Shown: positions 49,166-59,048 of the stretch, one piece after another | How the letters are laid out: every line of letters starts with the position of its first letter | Position numbering within the stretch: position 1 is the stretch's first letter | DNA from: Vicinamibacteria bacterium | Lineage (GTDB): Bacteria; Acidobacteriota; Vicinamibacteria; Marinacidobacterales; Marinacidobacteraceae | Direction: 5' to 3' | Length of the DNA: 64,000 nt | NCBI GenBank assembly: GCA_963422395.1 | Contig: OY729431.1 | Coordinates: 1,920,001-1,984,000, forward strand | Made by a program: the position numbers and the translations under genes | Notes under the pieces: model-generated | Seen by the model: the letters and a program-made list of their open reading frames with translations, nothing else | The model's database searches: none | What the model was told of the DNA's origin: nothing

Positions 49166-50859
49166 CAGTCTGCGCCGCAGAAACGCGGCGGGCCATATGG
49201 TGGTAGCGACGAGCGGACGGTCGGGCTGCTCGGGAGTTGGGACCGGGGGGCGACACGGTTGCGTGGCATATAACTCATTTTATATCATACACTTACGGAA
49301 AAGGGGCGAGGGCGTCTCGGATCCGGGGAGGGATGGTTCCGATGGGCACGCGTTTTCGTCAGTATCAGCCGGGGCAGCTGCTCTTGTTGCCGCCGGATCT
49401 GCGGCAGTGGGTTCCGGAGGGGCATTTGGCGCATCACATCAGCGATGTGGTGGACGAGCTGGACTTGTCTGCGTTCTACGCGCCGTATGCGGGGGACGGG
49501 CGGCGGAACGCGCCGTATGACCCGCGGATGATGGTGAAGGTGCTGATCTACGCTTATGCGACGGGGGTGTTTTCGTCGCGTGGGATTGCGCGGAAGCTGG
49601 AAGAGGACGTGGCGTTTCGGATGCTGGCGGCGAGGAACTTCCCGAGGCACCGGACGATCTGCGAGTTTCGTCGTCGGCATCTGGGGGATTTCCGGGAGTT
49701 GTTCGTCGAGGTGGTGCGGGTGGCGCGGCAGTGCGGGCTGGTGCGTTTCGGCAGGCTATCGCTGGACGGGGTGAAGGTTCGGGCGAACGCGAGCAAGCGC
49801 AAGGCGATGAGTTATGGGCGGATGCTGGCCGAGGAGCGGCGGCTTGCGGCGGAGATCGCGGGATATTTGGAGCAGGCGGGAGAGACCGACGAGCGGGAGG
49901 ACGCGGCCCACGGGGCGGAGCGGCGCGGCGACGAGTTGCCGGCTGAGCTGCGGCGCCGGGAGGATCGGTTGGCGGCGATCCGGGCGGCGAAGGTGCAGCT
50001 GGAAGCGGAGCAGCGGGCGCGGGACGAGGCGCGGGGGCGGGTCCCCGGACAGACCCACAGTCCGGGGAACGGTCGGCGCTACCAGCGCGCGCATGGGGAG
50101 CCGAAGGCGGAAGCGCAGGGGAACTTCACCGACCCCGAGAGCCGGATCATGAAGACGAGCGCCGAGGGGTTCCAGCAGTGCTACAACGCGCAGATGGCGG
50201 TGGACGGAGAGAACCAGCTGGTGGTGTCGAACCAGCTGACGGCGAATGCGGGCGACCAGGGGCAGCTGCCGGCGCTGCTGGACCGGGTGCGAGAAGAGTT
50301 GGGCGCGGTGCCGGCGGTGGTGTTGGCTGATGCCGGATACTGCAACGAGCGGGACCTGGCACTGCTGGAAACCCGCGGGATAGACGGGTATGTCGCCGTC
50401 GGACGGGAAGGGCGGAAGCGGGCGGCGGGCACTCCCGCGAAGCATCACCCGGCGACCCGCCGGATGAGAGAAAAACTGGCGGCTCACGCCGGGCGAAAGA
50501 TCTACGCGGCGCGGAAGTGGCTGTCCGAGGCGCCCCACGGGTGGATCAAGGAGGTGATGGGGTTCCGGCGGTTCAGCTTCCGGGGGCTGCGCAAGGCGCA
50601 AGGAGAGTGGGACCTGGTCTGCCTGGCGTTGAACCTGCGACGGCTCCCGGGGTTGCTGGCAGCGTAAACGCCTGCCCCGCCCCGCCCTGGCCCCCATCAA
50701 CCCGCCCAATGGCCCTCCGGAGCGCCTTCCCGAACTCCCCTCCCGCCCGAAAACTGCGCGATCCCGCCCCATGACTCCGATCACGCGCTCCCGAACCCCC
50801 GAATCTCCCACGCGCTCCCGAACCCCCGATCCGCCCCAACCTTCCTGCGGCGCAGACTC
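49166..50859 (+). mobile_element. IS1182 family insertion sequence with CTAG target duplication
   Basis: TIRs AGTCTGCGCCGCAG / CTGCGGCGCAGACT. CTAG at 49162-49165 and 50860-50863. Confidence 0.9.
49342..50667 (+). CDS. IS1182 family transposase
   Basis: PYDPRMMVKVLIYAY..SSRGI, LDGVKVRANAS, TDPESRIMK, YNAQ and ADAGY motifs. Confidence 0.95.
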   Translation: MGTRFRQYQPGQLLLLPPDLRQWVPEGHLAHHISDVVDELDLSAFYAPYAGDGRRNAPYDPRMMVKVLIYAYATGVFSSRGIARKLEEDVAFRMLAARNFPRHRTICEFRRRHLGDFRELFVEVVRVARQCGLVRFGRLSLDGVKVRANASKRKAMSYGRMLAEERRLAAEIAGYLEQAGETDEREDAAHGAERRGDELPAELRRREDRLAAIRAAKVQLEAEQRARDEARGRVPGQTHSPGNGRRYQRAHGEPKAEAQGNFTDPESRIMKTSAEGFQQCYNAQMAVDGENQLVVSNQLTANAGDQGQLPALLDRVREELGAVPAVVLADAGYCNERDLALLETRGIDGYVAVGREGRKRAAGTPAKHHPATRRMREKLAAHAGRKIYAARKWLSEAPHGWIKEVMGFRRFSFRGLRKAQGEWDLVCLALNLRRLPGLLAA

Positions 50860-50864
50860 CTAGG

Positions 50865-51896
50865 TGTGACCTTGCGGCAGGTTGTTCACGCGAACCCGAT
50901 GCCCGGAACTCATGGGCATCCACAACCCCTCAGCACAAGGAGCAGCCCGCATGAACATCCACAAGTCCGCCAAACTGACCCCGCTCGGTCGAGAGATCCT
51001 GGTTCGCCGCATCACCGAGGAAGGCCTCCGCGTCGAGGCGGCGGCCCAGGCCTCGGGGGTGAGCGTGCGCACCGCATACAAGTGGCTCGCCCGCTGGCGC
51101 GAGGAGGGCCTGCCGGGCCTCGGGGACCGCTCCTCGCGCCCGCATCGCTGCCCCCACCGCACCAGCGAGGCGCGGCGCACCCGAGTCGTCGAACTGCGGC
51201 GCGAGCGCCGCACCTACCACGACATCAGCCAGCAGCTCGGCATCTCCCCCAGCACCGTGGGGCGCATCGCCCAGCGCGCCGGGGTCAACCGCCTCTCCCA
51301 GCTCGAACCACCCCCGCCCCCCAACCGCTATGTCTATCCAGATCCCGGGGGCCTCCTCCACCTCGACATCAAGAAACTCGGGCGCTTCCGGCGCCCCGGA
51401 CACCGCGCCACCGGAAACCGCCGCTCCACCAGCCCCCGCGCCGGCTGGGAGTTCGTCCATGTCTGCGTGGACGACCACTCCCGCCTCGCTTTCTCCAAAA
51501 TCCTCCCCGACGAATCCGCCCATAGCGCCGCCGCCTTCCTCACCGACGCACTCGCCTACTTCCAAAGCCTCGCTATCCCCGTGCAACGCCTCCTCACCGA
51601 CAATGGCGGCTGCTACCGCTCCCGCCTCTTCAACGCACGATGCCAACAGGCAGGCATCCGCCACCTCTACACCCGTCCCTTCACCCCCCGAACCAACGGA
51701 AAAGCCGAGCGCTTCATCCAAACCGTTCTCAGAGAATGGGCCTACGCACACACCTACCAGAGCTCCGACCAGCGCGCCGCCCAACTGCCCGCCTGGCTCC
51801 ACCGATACAACTGGCACCGGCCTCACACCAGCCTCCATCACCGACCCCCCATCCAGGCCCTCGACTTCCCCCTCAACAACCTCGTGAGCTTGCACA
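50865..51896 (+). mobile_element. IS481 family insertion sequence
   Basis: Ends TGTGACCTTGCGGCAGGTTGTT / AACAACCTCGTGAGCTTGCACA, flanked by CCTAGG and GCTAAC. Confidence 0.9.
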
Positions 51897-51901
51897 GCTA
51901 A
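50951..51901 (+). CDS. IS481 family transposase
   Basis: MNIHKSAKLTPLGR, LHLDIKKLG, VDDHSR, TDNG and NGKAERF motifs. Confidence 0.95.
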   Translation: MNIHKSAKLTPLGREILVRRITEEGLRVEAAAQASGVSVRTAYKWLARWREEGLPGLGDRSSRPHRCPHRTSEARRTRVVELRRERRTYHDISQQLGISPSTVGRIAQRAGVNRLSQLEPPPPPNRYVYPDPGGLLHLDIKKLGRFRRPGHRATGNRRSTSPRAGWEFVHVCVDDHSRLAFSKILPDESAHSAAAFLTDALAYFQSLAIPVQRLLTDNGGCYRSRLFNARCQQAGIRHLYTRPFTPRTNGKAERFIQTVLREWAYAHTYQSSDQRAAQLPAWLHRYNWHRPHTSLHHRPPIQALDFPLNNLVSLHS

Positions 51902-51927
51902 CAGCCTGTGGGGCAACGAGAACGCTG

Positions 51928-53130
51928 TCAGGGGAGGTCCGTCAGCTCGCGCTGGATTTCCGCAGTGTGCTGTCCGCAAGTCGGCGGCGGAAGCACCGCA
52001 GTTCGCGGCGCGCCGTCGAACTGGACCGGGTTTCCGACCAGGCGCAGGGAACCCAACGCCGGATGCTCGCGCTCGACGAGCATCCCCCGAGCCCGTAGCT
52101 GGGGGCTCCCCAGGATTTCGGCGACGCTGCGTACCCGGCCGACCGGAACGCCGGCCTCGTCGAGCCGGGCTTCCCACTCCGCGACCGGGCGGGAACGGAA
52201 CACCGGCTCGAGGAGGGCGCGCAGCGCGGCGCGGCAGCGGACGCGGTCCGGATTCCGGGCGAACTCGGGCCGGTCGAGATCGGGCGCGGCAGCGGCGCAG
52301 AACCGCTTCCAGGTCGGGTCGTTCCCGACCCCCACGATCACCGGGCCGTCCGCAGCCTCGAAGGTTTCGTAGGGGGTCAGCGAGGGGTGGCTGTTTCCAC
52401 TGCGGACCGGCTCTTCGCCGGTGAGCAGGTACCCCTGGGCCTGGTAACAGAGGGTCGCCACCACCGAATCGAAGAGCGCCACATCCACCCGCCGGCCCCG
52501 GCCGTCGCGTTCGCGCGCGAACAGCGCGGCGAGGATCCCGCTGGCAGCCATCATCCCCGCGCAGATGTCCGCAAGCGAGGCTCCGATCTTGCTGGGCGGA
52601 CCTTCCGATGGTCCGGTGAGGCCCATCCAGCCCGCTTCCCCCTGCATGATCGCGTCGTACCCGGGCCGGGAGGCCAGCGGGCCGTACTGCCCGTAGGCGG
52701 AGACCGAACACCAGACGAGTCCGGGGCGAGCGGTGAGGACCCGCTCCGGACCGAAGCCCAGCCGCCCGAGCGTTCCGGGCCGGAAGTTCTCGACGAGCGC
52801 ATCGCTCGTTTCGAGGAGCCGCCAGAGCGCCGCCGACCCCGCTTCCGTCTTGAGATCGAGAGTCACACTCCGCTTGCCTCGGTTGACGGCGAGGAAGTAG
52901 GCGCTCTCGCCGCCGGCGAAGGGCGGCCCCCAGGAGCGGGTGTCGTCTCCGGCGGGCGGTTCGATCTTGAGGACTTCGGCGCCGAAGTCGGCCAGCATCA
53001 TCGTCGCGTAGGGGCCGGCGAGGACGCGGGTGAGGTCGAGGATCCGGACCCCGGCCAGCGGCCCCCCCGCAGGAGGAGCGCCCCCCGCAGGAGGAGCGGC
53101 CGCCGCGGTCGGCCCCGGTTCAGCAGGCAA
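51928..53130 (-). CDS. CaiB/BaiF family III CoA transferase
   Basis: LDLTRVLAGP, GAEVLKIE, NRGKRS, ENFRPG and PGYD motifs. Confidence 0.93.
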   Translation of the reverse strand: MPAEPGPTAAAAPPAGGAPPAGGPLAGVRILDLTRVLAGPYATMMLADFGAEVLKIEPPAGDDTRSWGPPFAGGESAYFLAVNRGKRSVTLDLKTEAGSAALWRLLETSDALVENFRPGTLGRLGFGPERVLTARPGLVWCSVSAYGQYGPLASRPGYDAIMQGEAGWMGLTGPSEGPPSKIGASLADICAGMMAASGILAALFARERDGRGRRVDVALFDSVVATLCYQAQGYLLTGEEPVRSGNSHPSLTPYETFEAADGPVIVGVGNDPTWKRFCAAAAPDLDRPEFARNPDRVRCRAALRALLEPVFRSRPVAEWEARLDEAGVPVGRVRSVAEILGSPQLRARGMLVEREHPALGSLRLVGNPVQFDGAPRTAVLPPPTCGQHTAEIQRELTDLP

Positions 53131-53175
53131 CGAAGCAGTAGGCCGCGGCTTGCGGCGCCGGGGCCGGACCCGCAG

Positions 53176-54573
53176 TCAACGAAGCGCGGCCTCGGTGGCC
53201 GAGAGGGCGCGGTCGAGGACGGCGAGCGCGTCCACTGCATCCGAAATCCCGATGTTCAACGGCGGCGAAATCCTCACGCAGTTGCCGTGGAGGCCTGCCT
53301 TTCCGATCAGCAACCCTTCGTTCCGCGCGTTTTGCAGCAGGAGGGCGGCGAAGCGAGGGGCCGGCTCCTTGGTCGTCCGATCCTCGACGAACTCGATCGC
53401 CAGCATGAGGCCCTTGCCGCGAACATCTCCGATGGACGGATGCGCGGCGGCGAGGTCTTCGAGTCCGACGCGCAGGAAGGCTCCGACCTCGGCGGCGTTG
53501 GCCGCCAGCCGGTCCCGCTCGATCACTTCGATCACCGTGCGGGCCGCCGCCATGCTCACCGGATTGCCGCCGAAGGTGGAAAGCGTGTTGCCCTCGACCG
53601 CGTCCGCGACTTCGGCGGTGGCCACGGTGGCCCCCACCGGCACCCCGTTGCCGAGCCCCTTGGCGTAAGTAACGATGTCGGGATCGACATCCCAGTGGGA
53701 GATCCCGTTCAGGCTTCCCCCGGTGCGCCCCCAGCCGGTCTGCACTTCGTCGCAGATGAAGATGCCGCCGTAACGCCGCACGATCTCCACCGCCACCTCG
53801 AAGTATCCCGGCGGCGGGGTGATGAAACCGCCCACCCCCTGGATCGGTTCGGCGATGAAGCCGGCGATCCGTCCCGAGGTGGTGGTCTGGATCACCTCCT
53901 CGAGGTCGCGGGCGCAGCGCAGCTCGCAGGAGGGGTACTCGAGCCCGAACGGGCAGCGGTAGCAATAGGCGTTCGCCACATGCCGGATTCCGGCCGCCGG
54001 ACTCGGCCCGAGCCTCCATGAATGCTGGCCCGTCGCCCCCATGGTGAGACGGCTGCGCCCGCTGTAGCCGTGCCGCAGGGCGATGATCTCCGAACGGCCG
54101 GTGTGCAGTTCGGCGAGCAGCAGCGCCATCTCGTTCGCTTCGGTGCCCGAGTTCGTGAAGAAACTCTTCTCGCAGGCGCCGGGCGACACCCGGGCGAGTT
54201 GCTCCGCCACCTCCACCATCGGCTGGTTCGGAAAGAGCGTCGAGAAATGCTGGAGGGTGTCTCCCTGCTCCCGAACCGCCGCATTCACCGCCGGGTGACA
54301 GTGACCGAGCCCGACGGTGACGATCCCGCCGAAGAAATCGAGGTAGCGGTTCCCGTCCGCATCCCAGACATGCTTCCCCTGTCCCCGCACGATCGGCAGC
54401 GGCTCGTCGTAGAAGGTCTGGACCGCCGGGAAGACATAGCGGCGATGGGCTTCGCGGATCTCTTCCGCGCTCCAGCAGGAGCGGCGATCCACTCGGCGGT
54501 CTCCTCGGGCCGGGAGGTCGGCGGGCAGCGCCCCCTCGGCCATCCTCGTCGTTCCCCCGGCACTCTCACTCAT
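53176..54573 (-). CDS. class III PLP-dependent aminotransferase
   Basis: YLDFFGG, NSGTEANE, EPIQG, DEVQTGWGRTG, AKGLGNG and TFGGNP motifs. Confidence 0.92.
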   Translation of the reverse strand: MSESAGGTTRMAEGALPADLPARGDRRVDRRSCWSAEEIREAHRRYVFPAVQTFYDEPLPIVRGQGKHVWDADGNRYLDFFGGIVTVGLGHCHPAVNAAVREQGDTLQHFSTLFPNQPMVEVAEQLARVSPGACEKSFFTNSGTEANEMALLLAELHTGRSEIIALRHGYSGRSRLTMGATGQHSWRLGPSPAAGIRHVANAYCYRCPFGLEYPSCELRCARDLEEVIQTTTSGRIAGFIAEPIQGVGGFITPPPGYFEVAVEIVRRYGGIFICDEVQTGWGRTGGSLNGISHWDVDPDIVTYAKGLGNGVPVGATVATAEVADAVEGNTLSTFGGNPVSMAAARTVIEVIERDRLAANAAEVGAFLRVGLEDLAAAHPSIGDVRGKGLMLAIEFVEDRTTKEPAPRFAALLLQNARNEGLLIGKAGLHGNCVRISPPLNIGISDAVDALAVLDRALSATEAALR

Positions 54574-54592
54574 CCGCACATTCTCCCACCCC

Positions 54593-54786
54593 TAGCAGCC
54601 TGTGGATGAAGTAGCGCGAGCCCCAAGATCGGGGAGGCGCCCGGCTGACAAGGCGCGATTCGGGAGGCATACCGGGTGTATTCCGACGGAATCGCAACGC
54701 CGAGCCAAGCGTTCAGCCGGGGCCCCCACCGGGAGAACTGGGCATCTCCGGTCGACGGCCGTGTGACTTCGTCCACAGGCTGCTTA
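54593..54786 (+). mobile_element. ~190-bp MITE-like repeat, most intact copy
   Basis: TIRs AGCAGCCTGTGGATGAAGT / ACTTCGTCCACAGGCTGCT with nested internal stems. Confidence 0.9.
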
Positions 54787-54799
54787 CTGCTTTCCGAGG

Positions 54800-56896
54800 T
54801 CAGCGAAGCAGCGCGGCCTGCTGCAGCTCGCGGAGATGGTCCCGGAGCCGAGCCGCCCGCTCGAACTCCAGATCACGCGCCGCCTTCTTCATCTCCTTGC
54901 GCAGCCGGGACACTTCCCGCTCCAGGGCCCCGGCGTCTTCCGGCGGCGGTTCGAACAGACCCACCGCGCGGGCCCAATCCTCCTCTTCTTCCTTCGCCGC
55001 CGCCGCACCCGCGGATTTCCCGACGAGCGCCTCGGCCACCCCCTTGACGACGGTCTGCGGCACGATGCCGTGCTCTTCGTTGAACTCCTGCTGCACCTTC
55101 CGGCGCCGCCGGGTCTCGGCCAGAGCCCGCTCCATGGAGCCCGTTTCCCGGTCGGCGTAGAGGATGGCGCGGCCGGCGGCATTGCGCGCCGCTCGGCCCA
55201 TGGTCTGGATCAAGGCGCCTTCGGAGCGCAAGTAGCCCTCCTTGTCCGCATCCAGGATCGCCACCAGCGATACCTCGGGGAGATCGAGCCCTTCCCGCAA
55301 CAGGTTGATGCCGATCAGGACATCGAACTCTCCAAGCCGGAGCGCGCGCAGCAGCTCGACCCGTTCCAGGGTGTCGATGTCGGAGTGCAGGTAACGGCAG
55401 CGCACCCCGATTTCATGGTAGTACTCGGAAAGGTCTTCCGCCATGCGCTTGGTCAGGGTGGTCACCAGCACCCGCTCGCCGCGGGAGACGGTTTCGCGGA
55501 TCTCGGCGAGCAGGTCGTCCACCTGATTCCCTGCGGGGCGAACCTCCACCGCGGGGTCGAGGAGGCCGGTGGGACGGATGATCTGTTCCACCACCGCCCC
55601 GCCGGTCGCTTCGAGTTCGTAGGGCCCGGGCGTCGCCGACACCGAGATCGCCTGGCCCACCCGCAGCTCCCATTCCTCGAACGAGAGCGGCCGGTTGTCG
55701 AGCGCCGAAGGCAGCCGGAAACCGTGCTCGACGAGAGTCCGCTTCCGCGCCTGGTCTCCCGCGAACATGCCGCGGATCTGGGGATAGGTCTGATGGCTCT
55801 CGTCCACCACGATCACCGCGTCGGGCGGCAAGTAGTCCATCAGAGTGGGGGGAGGCTCTCCCGGGGCGCGTCCGGTGAAGTGCCGGGAATAGTTCTCGAT
55901 GCCGTGGCAATGGCCGGATTCGGCGAGCATGTCGAGGTCGAACAGCGTCCGCTGCTGGAGCCGCTGGGCTTCGAGCAGCTTCCCCTGCCGGACCAGCTTC
56001 GGATGGTGCTCCTCGAGTTCCTCCCGGATGGTGAGCAGCGCCCGGGCGAGATCCTCCTCGCGGGCCACATAGTGGGTTCTGGGGAAGAGCGTCGCCCGGC
56101 TCACCCGTTCCAGCTCCCGTCCGGTGAGAGGGTCGAAGCGGGCGATGCGCTCCACTTCGTCTCCGAACAGCCGTACCCGAAGTCCGAGATCCTCGTAGCC
56201 GGGAACGAGCTCCACGGTATCTCCGCGCACCCGGAACCGGCCGCGTTCGAGCGACACATCGTTCCGTTCGTATTGCATTTCGACGAGCTTCCGTAGAAGC
56301 GCCTGGCGAGAGGGGAACTCGGCACCCTCCTCGAACACGAGCAGCATCCCGTAATAGGCATCGGGAGAGCCGAGCCCGTAGATGCAGGAAACGCTGGCCA
56401 CGATCAACACATCGCGGCGCTCGAACAGCGAGCGCGTCGCGGAGAGCCGCAGCCGATCGATCTCATCGTTGATCGTCGCCTCCTTCTCGATATAGGTATC
56501 ACTCGCCGCCACATACGCCTCGGGCTGGTAGTAGTCGTAGTAGCTGACGAAGTACTCGACGGCGTTTTCGGGGAAGAAGCTCCGGAATTCCTGGTAGAGC
56601 TGGGCCGCGAGCGTCTTGTTGTGGGCGATCACCAGCGCCGGCCGGTTCACCGCCTCGATCACCCGGGCCACACTGAAGGTCTTGCCCGAGCCGGTGACTC
56701 CGAGCAGGACCTGGTTGGGATCGCCCCGCACCAGCCCCTCGATGAGCTCCGAGGTGGCGCGCTGCTGGTCGCCGCGCGGCTCGAAGTCGCTGACTAAGCG
56801 GAATGGGCTTTCCGTCCTCGGCCCGGGAAGTCCCGGCCGGGCGTAGGGGGCCGCTCGTTCGGCCGGCCCGGAGAACCGGTGCGGAACCGTCGGCAT
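54800..56896 (-). CDS. uvrB: excinuclease ABC subunit B
   Basis: [31 protein letters not shown] and [10 protein letters not shown] motifs. Confidence 0.97.
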   Translation of the reverse strand: MPTVPHRFSGPAERAAPYARPGLPGPRTESPFRLVSDFEPRGDQQRATSELIEGLVRGDPNQVLLGVTGSGKTFSVARVIEAVNRPALVIAHNKTLAAQLYQEFRSFFPENAVEYFVSYYDYYQPEAYVAASDTYIEKEATINDEIDRLRLSATRSLFERRDVLIVASVSCIYGLGSPDAYYGMLLVFEEGAEFPSRQALLRKLVEMQYERNDVSLERGRFRVRGDTVELVPGYEDLGLRVRLFGDEVERIARFDPLTGRELERVSRATLFPRTHYVAREEDLARALLTIREELEEHHPKLVRQGKLLEAQRLQQRTLFDLDMLAESGHCHGIENYSRHFTGRAPGEPPPTLMDYLPPDAVIVVDESHQTYPQIRGMFAGDQARKRTLVEHGFRLPSALDNRPLSFEEWELRVGQAISVSATPGPYELEATGGAVVEQIIRPTGLLDPAVEVRPAGNQVDDLLAEIRETVSRGERVLVTTLTKRMAEDLSEYYHEIGVRCRYLHSDIDTLERVELLRALRLGEFDVLIGINLLREGLDLPEVSLVAILDADKEGYLRSEGALIQTMGRAARNAAGRAILYADRETGSMERALAETRRRRKVQQEFNEEHGIVPQTVVKGVAEALVGKSAGAAAAKEEEEDWARAVGLFEPPPEDAGALEREVSRLRKEMKKAARDLEFERAARLRDHLRELQQAALLR

Positions 56897-56926
56897 CCGC
56901 CGGCCCGGATCCGTTCTGGCCGCGGG

Positions 56927-58327
56927 TCAGCCGCCCGCGCGCAGGCCGCCGGCAGAGGAGCCGCCGGCAGGGGAGTCGCTGGCCGCGGACTGCAGCGGCT
57001 CCGGTGCCGCGGGGCCGCAGTCTTCGGCTGCGAGCCCCCGCAAACCCAGCACCCGAACCAGGGTCTCGTGAACCGTGATGTCCGGGGTCGAGGCGCCCGA
57101 GGTCACTCCGATCCGCACCGGACCGCGGGGCAGCCAGCCGCGCCGCATCGCCTGCCCCGCGCCGTTCCCCGATCCGCCGGTCGGTCGAAAACGGATCTCC
57201 TCGCCAGAAACCAGACACTCGGGTCCCGCGATGTGGTAGCTCGGCACGCTCTGCTCACAGATCTCGGCGAGATGAGCGGTGTTCGAAGAGTTGAAACCAC
57301 CGATCACCAGGACCAGGTCCAGATCCTCCTCGAGTAGATCCACGACGGCGTCCTGGCGCTCCTGGGTGGCGCTGCAGATCGTGTCGAAGGAGCGGAACCG
57401 CGAAGCGATCGCTTCGGTTCCGTAACGACGCTCCATGGAGTCCCGGAGAACCCGCGCGATCTCCAGCGACTCGCTGCCGAGCATCGTGGTCTGGTTCGCC
57501 AGCCCGATCCGGCCGAGCCCGGAGTCGGGATCGAAACCGGGAGAACAGGCAGCGGCGAAACGGCGCAGGAACGCCTCCCGGTCCGGAAGTGCGCCGCCGG
57601 CGCGCTCCCGGCTCCGGCCATCCTCGAGGCGGCAACCGGCCTCGAGGTAGCGGCAGACTTCGAGCGCCTCGGCCATGTCCCGAATCACCAGATACTGCCC
57701 GGCGCGGGACACGGTGGCCCGCGTCTCCTCGTGGTCGTACTTGCCGTGCACGACCGCAGTGAAACCGTCTCGCCGGTAACGGTCCACATTCTTCCAGACA
57801 TTCATCACCGAGCCGCAGGTGGTATCCACCAGGATCGCGGCCTTTCGCCGCAGCACCTCCAGCTCGCCGGTGGCCACTCCGAAGGCCGGCAGCAGCACCA
57901 CATCTTCTGGACCTACGTCCGCGAACTTCTCGTCGGTGGAAGGGGAATCCGGCAGAAAACGGATCCCGAATTCGGCGAGGCGGCGGTTCACATAGGGGTT
58001 GTGGATGATCTCCCCGGTCAGGAAGATGCGCCGCTCGGGAAACCGCAGCCGGGTCTCGTAGGCATACTCGATGGCCCGGTCCACGCCGTAGCAGAACCCG
58101 AACTCGCGGGCGACGAGGAAGACGATCTCTCCAGCCCGGATCCGATAGTCGTGCTCTCGGGCGAAACGGATCAGGTCACCTCGATAGTCCTCCGACAGCG
58201 GCCCGAGGATCTGTTTCCGGAGGCCGAAACCGCGGCGGTAGTGGATGCCCGCCCCGGGCGCCGCCTCCTCTGCCGGCGGGCCGGGAGCGGCCTTCGCGGT
58301 CCCGGCCGGAGACTTCACGGAGGGCAC
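56927..58327 (-). CDS. ispH: 4-hydroxy-3-methylbut-2-enyl diphosphate reductase (long N-terminal type)
   Basis: FGFCYGVDRA, DTTC, HEET, NQTTM, DTICSATQERQ and GGFNSSNT motifs. Confidence 0.95.
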   Translation of the reverse strand: MPSVKSPAGTAKAAPGPPAEEAAPGAGIHYRRGFGLRKQILGPLSEDYRGDLIRFAREHDYRIRAGEIVFLVAREFGFCYGVDRAIEYAYETRLRFPERRIFLTGEIIHNPYVNRRLAEFGIRFLPDSPSTDEKFADVGPEDVVLLPAFGVATGELEVLRRKAAILVDTTCGSVMNVWKNVDRYRRDGFTAVVHGKYDHEETRATVSRAGQYLVIRDMAEALEVCRYLEAGCRLEDGRSRERAGGALPDREAFLRRFAAACSPGFDPDSGLGRIGLANQTTMLGSESLEIARVLRDSMERRYGTEAIASRFRSFDTICSATQERQDAVVDLLEEDLDLVLVIGGFNSSNTAHLAEICEQSVPSYHIAGPECLVSGEEIRFRPTGGSGNGAGQAMRRGWLPRGPVRIGVTSGASTPDITVHETLVRVLGLRGLAAEDCGPAAPEPLQSAASDSPAGGSSAGGLRAGG

Positions 58328-58353
58328 GCCCTGAATGATACCCTCCCGCTGTC

Positions 58354-58704
58354 ATGCAGGATGTTCTGATCACCGGGCCCAGAAAACGCCAGCCGCGAAT
58401 CCTCGCCTATGTGGACGCGGGCAAGTGTTTCGGCCGCGGCTGCGAAATGTGTATCGCCGTGTGCCCGGTCGAGGACTGCATCACCCTCGCGCCCGACCCC
58501 GAGCCTCGCTCGGTGGGGCAGGTCTGCGAGGTGAATGTGGAGACCTGCATCGGGTGCCAGTTGTGCGCGAAGTTCTGCCCGCCCGACTACGACGCCATCC
58601 ACATGTTCCCCTACTCCGAGGGGATGCGGCTGGCCGAGGAGCGCGACCGGACCTACGAGTACCGCCAGTACCGCAAGAAGCCGGGCGAAGCCCTCGCAAA
58701 GTAG
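58354..58704 (+). CDS. 2x[4Fe-4S] ferredoxin-like protein
   Basis: CxxxxCxxCxxxCP and CxxCxxCxxxCP motifs. Confidence 0.85.
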   Translation: MQDVLITGPRKRQPRILAYVDAGKCFGRGCEMCIAVCPVEDCITLAPDPEPRSVGQVCEVNVETCIGCQLCAKFCPPDYDAIHMFPYSEGMRLAEERDRTYEYRQYRKKPGEALAK

Positions 58705-58722
58705 CCCCTCGCAAAGAGGCGT

Positions 58723-58915
58723 TAGCAGTCTGTGGATAAGGTGGCGCGAGCCCCAAGATCGGGGAGGCGCCCGGCTGACAAGGCGCGATTCGGGAGGCAT
58801 ACCGGGAGTATTCCGACGGAATCGCAACACCGAGCGAAGCGTTCAGGCGGGGCCCCCACCGGGAAGACTGGGCATCGGGCTCGCGTGAACAACCTACCGC
58901 AAGGTCACAGCTAGG
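58723..58915 (+). mobile_element. chimeric element: MITE 5' three-quarters fused to an IS481 left end
   Basis: 58723-58876 matches the 54.6 kb MITE. 58870-58909 is 38/40 identical to the reverse complement of 50865-50904. Confidence 0.88.
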
Positions 58916-59048
58916 CAGCGAGTTCGGATTCGCGCTGCGGTCGGCCGCCGCTTTCTGGTAGCATTTGCGGTCCTTTCCAGCTTGAATCCGGCCATGGTCG
59001 AAAACATGACCGTCAACACAACCGACAAGGAATCTCCGCTCCCGTTGC

